Origin: a virus
DNA: 20,464 nucleotides
UHGV virus genome: UHGV-0121713
Direction: 5' to 3' (one strand)
A model generated the notes under the pieces. That model worked only from the letters and a program-made list of their open reading frames with translations, searched no databases and was not told where the DNA came from. Shown piece by piece: positions 17,341-20,464 of this stretch (position 1 is its first letter; every line of letters begins with the position of its first letter). Made by a program: the position numbers and the translations under genes.

Positions 17341-17559
17341 ATGATGATTTGCCCACTGTGTGGAAGTGCCGCCCATACTCGCAGCAGTTTTCAGGTATCT
17401 TCATTGACCAAAGAGCGTTACAACCAGTGCCAGAACATTAACTGCAGCCATACTTTTGTTACCCATGAAACTTTTGTTCGTTCGATTGCAACGCCAAAAG
17501 AGTCAAATCCGGTTCAGCCGCATCCAATGAAATCAGGACAGGTAGCGCTCTCTCTTTGA
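17341..17559 (+). CDS. ogr: Ogr/Delta-family zinc-finger late transcription activator, 72 aa
   Basis: MMICPLCGSAAHTRSS...ERYNQCQNINCSHTF matches the P2 Ogr CxxC...CxxxxC zinc-finger pattern and its 72-aa length. ORF-track start 17308 is an upstream GTG extension. Confidence 0.8.
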   Translation: MMICPLCGSAAHTRSSFQVSSLTKERYNQCQNINCSHTFVTHETFVRSIATPKESNPVQPHPMKSGQVALSL

Positions 17560-17636
17560 CGCTGCCGCCATTTTGTCGCCATCGTTAAAAAACAGTGCTT
17601 CTAACATCATGATCTTAAACAGCTTAAATTTCAGGC

Positions 17637-17650
17637 AACAAAAAACCCAT
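17637..17650. repeat. Candidate attR core: AACAAAAAACCCAT, identical to 603..616
   Basis: Exact 14-bp direct repeat of the left boundary, located between ogr and the ybjL 3' end. Confidence 0.45.
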
Positions 17651-17682
17651 CAACCTTGAACCGAAGTAGCGGGGTTGATGGG
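17637..17682 (-). terminator. Intrinsic terminator of ybjL (minus strand)
   Basis: Stem cccatcaacc (17646..17655) / ggttgatggg (17673..17682), followed on the minus strand by a U-run (the + strand A-run at 17641..17645). Confidence 0.5.
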
Positions 17683-17794
17683 CTCCACAAAATGGGGGCA
17701 TCAAAGAAAAGCAGTGGCACTAATTAAGACTGATGCCCTGCGGAAAAGTTCTGCGGTTGTGCAAAAAAATTTCATTTTCAGGGCAACTTCAGTT

Positions 17795-19480
17795 TTATCC
17801 TAATCCTGGCCATACCATGACGATGATTGTCCCTGCCAGCGTCAGCAGGACGTTGGCGATTGCATAGGTGCCCGCATAGCCCAGCGCCGGGATGTTACTG
17901 CGAGCTGTATCACTGATGATCTCCATTGCCGGCGCGCAGGTACGTGCGCCCATCATTGCGCCGAACAACAGCGCGCGGTTCATTCGCAATACATAAGCAC
18001 CGAACAAGAAACAGATAACCACGGGCACCAGACTGACAATCAATCCGGCAATCAACATCTGACCGCCAATCGCGCCCAGGCCGTTATTAATACCGCTACC
18101 GGCGCTCAGACCAACGCCTGCCATAAACACCATCAAGCCGAACTCTTTCACCATGCTTAATGCACCCTGCGGAATGTAACCGAAGGTCGGGTGGTTAGCA
18201 CGCATAAAGCCCAGCATAATTCCGGCGAATAACAACCCGGCAGCGTTCCCCATGCCGAAACTGAATGTGCTGAACTGGAAGGTGATCATCCCGATCATCA
18301 GCCCAATAACAAAGAAGGCGCAGAATGCCAGCAGGTCAGTGACCTGGCTGTGAATCGAGATAAAGCCGATGCGATCGGCGATGGTTTTTACGCGGCGGGC
18401 ATCGCCGCTGACTTGTAAAACGTCACCTTTGTTAAGCACGACGTTGTCATCTATCGGCATCTCAATCTGGCTACGAATGACGCGGTTAAGGAAGCAACCG
18501 TGATCGGTCAACTTCAGTTGTGCGAGACGTTTACCTACAGCGTTATGGTTTTTAACGACCACTTCTTCAGTGACGATACGCATGTCGAGAAGGTCACGAT
18601 CGAAAACTTCTTTACCGTTACGGAAGCTGGGATCGAGTCGGGCATGGGCGTCGGGATAGCCTACCAACGCTATTTCATCGCCCATTTGTAGCACGGCATC
18701 ACCGTCTGGATTTGCCAGAATCCCGTTACGTCGAATACGTTCAATGTAGCAGCCGGTTTGTCGATAAATACCCAGTTCACGCAGATTTTTGCCGTCGGTC
18801 CAGGCCACCAGTTCCGGGCCGACGCGATAGGCGCGGATCACCGGTAAATAAACCTTACGGTTGGCATCAGTGTCCAGGCCACGTTCGCGGGCGATTTGCT
18901 GGGCGCTGGTCTGTAAGTCCTGATGCTGCAATTTCGGCAAGTAACGCGCACCAACAATCAAACTCACCAGACCGATTAAATAGGTTAAGGCATACCCGAG
19001 GCTCAGATTATCCAGTGCCAGTGAGAGCTGCCTGCTTTCCATGCCGGAATGACGCAGTGTATCGCCAGCACCGACCAGAACCGGTGTCGACGTCATAGAG
19101 CCTGCTAACATACCGGCCGTCAGGCCAATATCCCAGCCAAACAGCTTACCTAACCCTAAGGCGATCACCAGCGCACTGCCAACCATCACCAGTGCTAACA
19201 TTAGGTAATTTTTCCCATCGCGAAAAAAAATGGAAAAAAAGTTCGGTCCGGCTTCGACCCCGACGCAGAAAATAAACAGCATAAAGCCAAGATTAAGCGC
19301 ATCGGTGTTAATGCTGAAATGTTGTTGGCCTAATAACAGCGATACGACTAAAACGCCAATGGAATTACCCAGTTGGATCGAACCAAGTCGTAACTTTCCG
19401 AGACATAGCCCAAGCGCGAGGACCACAAATAATAACAGAATGTAATTCCCATTTAACAATTCGGCGACGTTTATATTCAC
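17795..19480 (-). CDS. ybjL: Putative transporter YbjL (AAE-type membrane protein with central TrkA-C-like regulatory domains), 561 aa
   Basis: Long hydrophobic N- and C-terminal halves flanking a soluble central region; translation begins [21 protein letters not shown], as I recall for E. coli YbjL. GTG start. Confidence 0.85.
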
Positions 19481-19749
19481 GGAGGCTAACTTCTTGTTTA
19501 CTAGTAAGCTGTTGAAAGAAATGGTAATTTACGATAATGTTTTTTACCAGAATTCAGGGCGCAGATTCATTCAGCGCACCTAAACGATAGTAAAGTAACA
19601 ATATATTTTACTAGTGTAATCACATTAGGTATCAACGGCTATATGAATTGCGTTGGCCTATATTAGCATGGAATGCGAAGCGGCTTTATCTTACTGAACG
19701 CCACACTGGCGAAAAATGTGTTCGATAGACGCAGTGTCAGGAGGAACGA

Positions 19750-20127
19750 GTGAAACATAAACAACGTTGGGCGGGGGCAATCTGCTGTTTTGTCCTCTTC
19801 ATTGTGGTGTGCCTTTTTCTGGCGACGCACATGAAAGGCGCTTTTCGGGCTGCCGGGCATCCTGAAATCGGCTTGCTATTTTTCATTCTTCCTGGAGCAG
19901 TCGCCAGCTTCTTTTCACAGCGTAGAGAAGTCCTGAAACCTCTGTTTGGCGCAATGCTGGCGGCACCCTGTTCGATGCTCATTATGCGGCTGTTTTTTTC
20001 ACCGACGCGCTCATTCTGGCAAGAGCTGGCATGGTTACTAAGCGCGGTGTTCTGGTGTGCGCTGGGGGCACTGTGTTTCTTATTTATCAGTAGTTTGTTT
20101 AAACCACAGCACAGAAAAAATCAGTAA
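19750..20127 (+). CDS. ybjM: Inner membrane protein YbjM, 125 aa
   Basis: Four hydrophobic segments; MKHKQRWAGAICCFVLF...; GTG start with AGGAGG Shine-Dalgarno at 5 nt; conserved position between ybjL and grxA. Confidence 0.75.
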   Translation: MKHKQRWAGAICCFVLFIVVCLFLATHMKGAFRAAGHPEIGLLFFILPGAVASFFSQRREVLKPLFGAMLAAPCSMLIMRLFFSPTRSFWQELAWLLSAVFWCALGALCFLFISSLFKPQHRKNQ

Positions 20128-20147
20128 AGCCCTCAACGCGAGGGCTT
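20127..20147. terminator. Hairpin between convergent ybjM and grxA (probable bidirectional terminator)
   Basis: aagccctc (20127..20134) / gagggctt (20140..20147), 8-bp stem with a 5-nt loop. Confidence 0.45.
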
Positions 20148-20156
20148 GTCAGACGA

Positions 20157-20414
20157 TCAGGCGTCCAGATTTTCTTTCACCCATGCAGCAAAATCGGTAT
20201 AGCCGCCGATATGTTGCTGATCGACAAAAATCTGCGGCACGGTTTCTACGGGTTTACCTGCCTTTTGTTGTAGATCTTCTTTAGTGATCCCTTCCGCACG
20301 AATATCTACATACTGATACTGAAAATCATCGCGTTCATTGCTCAATTTCTCAGCCAGATCTTTTGCACGCACACAGTAAGGGCAACCCGAACGACCAAAA
20401 ATAACGGTTTGCAT
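20157..20414 (-). CDS. grxA: Glutaredoxin 1, 85 aa
   Basis: MQTVIFGRSGCPYCVRAKDLAEKL... with the CPYC active site. ATG 20414 preceded by AGGAG at 7 nt; the ORF-track start at 20429 is an upstream extension. Confidence 0.9.
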   Translation of the reverse strand: MQTVIFGRSGCPYCVRAKDLAEKLSNERDDFQYQYVDIRAEGITKEDLQQKAGKPVETVPQIFVDQQHIGGYTDFAAWVKENLDA

Positions 20415-20464
20415 TATTTCTCTCCTCATAGATTTATGCCTGTAATGATCACGCTAAAATGTAT

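Larger units (their letters stand above)
603..17650. mobile_element. Degraded (cryptic) P2/186-family prophage inserted between rcdA and ybjL
   Basis: P2/186 gene order int-cI-apl-cII-...-A ... Q'-...-R-S-V'-T'-D-ogr, bounded by identical 14-bp direct repeats. Capsid, terminase, lysis and most tail genes are missing. Confidence 0.8.

Noticed and set aside
17247-17441. 64-aa ORF overlapping the D stop and the ogr start
   Set aside because: Overlaps the better-supported Ogr zinc-finger frame; no Shine-Dalgarno.
18500-19445. Plus-strand ORFs inside ybjL
   Set aside because: Antisense to the 561-aa transporter frame, which is continuous and membrane-protein-like.

Overview
This window is an E. 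coli-type chromosomal locus (rcdA/ybjK on the left; ybjL, ybjM, grxA on the right) interrupted by a roughly 17 kb degraded P2/186-family prophage (about 603..17650). The prophage keeps its lysogeny and early region: integrase, a small secreted-peptide ORF, CI-like repressor, Apl-like and CII-like regulators, small early ORFs, a TraR/DksA zinc-finger protein, a Dam-type methyltransferase, replication protein A, and a LexA-box-controlled DinI/Tum-like module. Most morphogenesis genes are deleted; what remains is a 3' portal (Q) fragment, lysB/lysC remnants, R, S, V and T fragments, D and ogr. Between gene A and the portal remnant sits an AT-rich cargo island (about 8.5-13.2 kb) with three genes that look like anti-phage defence: a 708-aa KAP-family P-loop NTPase (PifA-like), and an overlapping pair encoding a phosphoribosyltransferase (PRTase) protein and a DprA/Smf-like protein. 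From memory this pair resembles the described ShosTA system, but that and the KAP assignment need a database search. A candidate cos remnant with strong inverted repeats lies between the KAP gene and the PRTase/DprA pair, suggesting two independently acquired modules. All assignments rest on reading the translations and motifs by eye; no searches were run. Several ORF-track starts are TTG/GTG codons, and I re-derived starts from Shine-Dalgarno context where possible.
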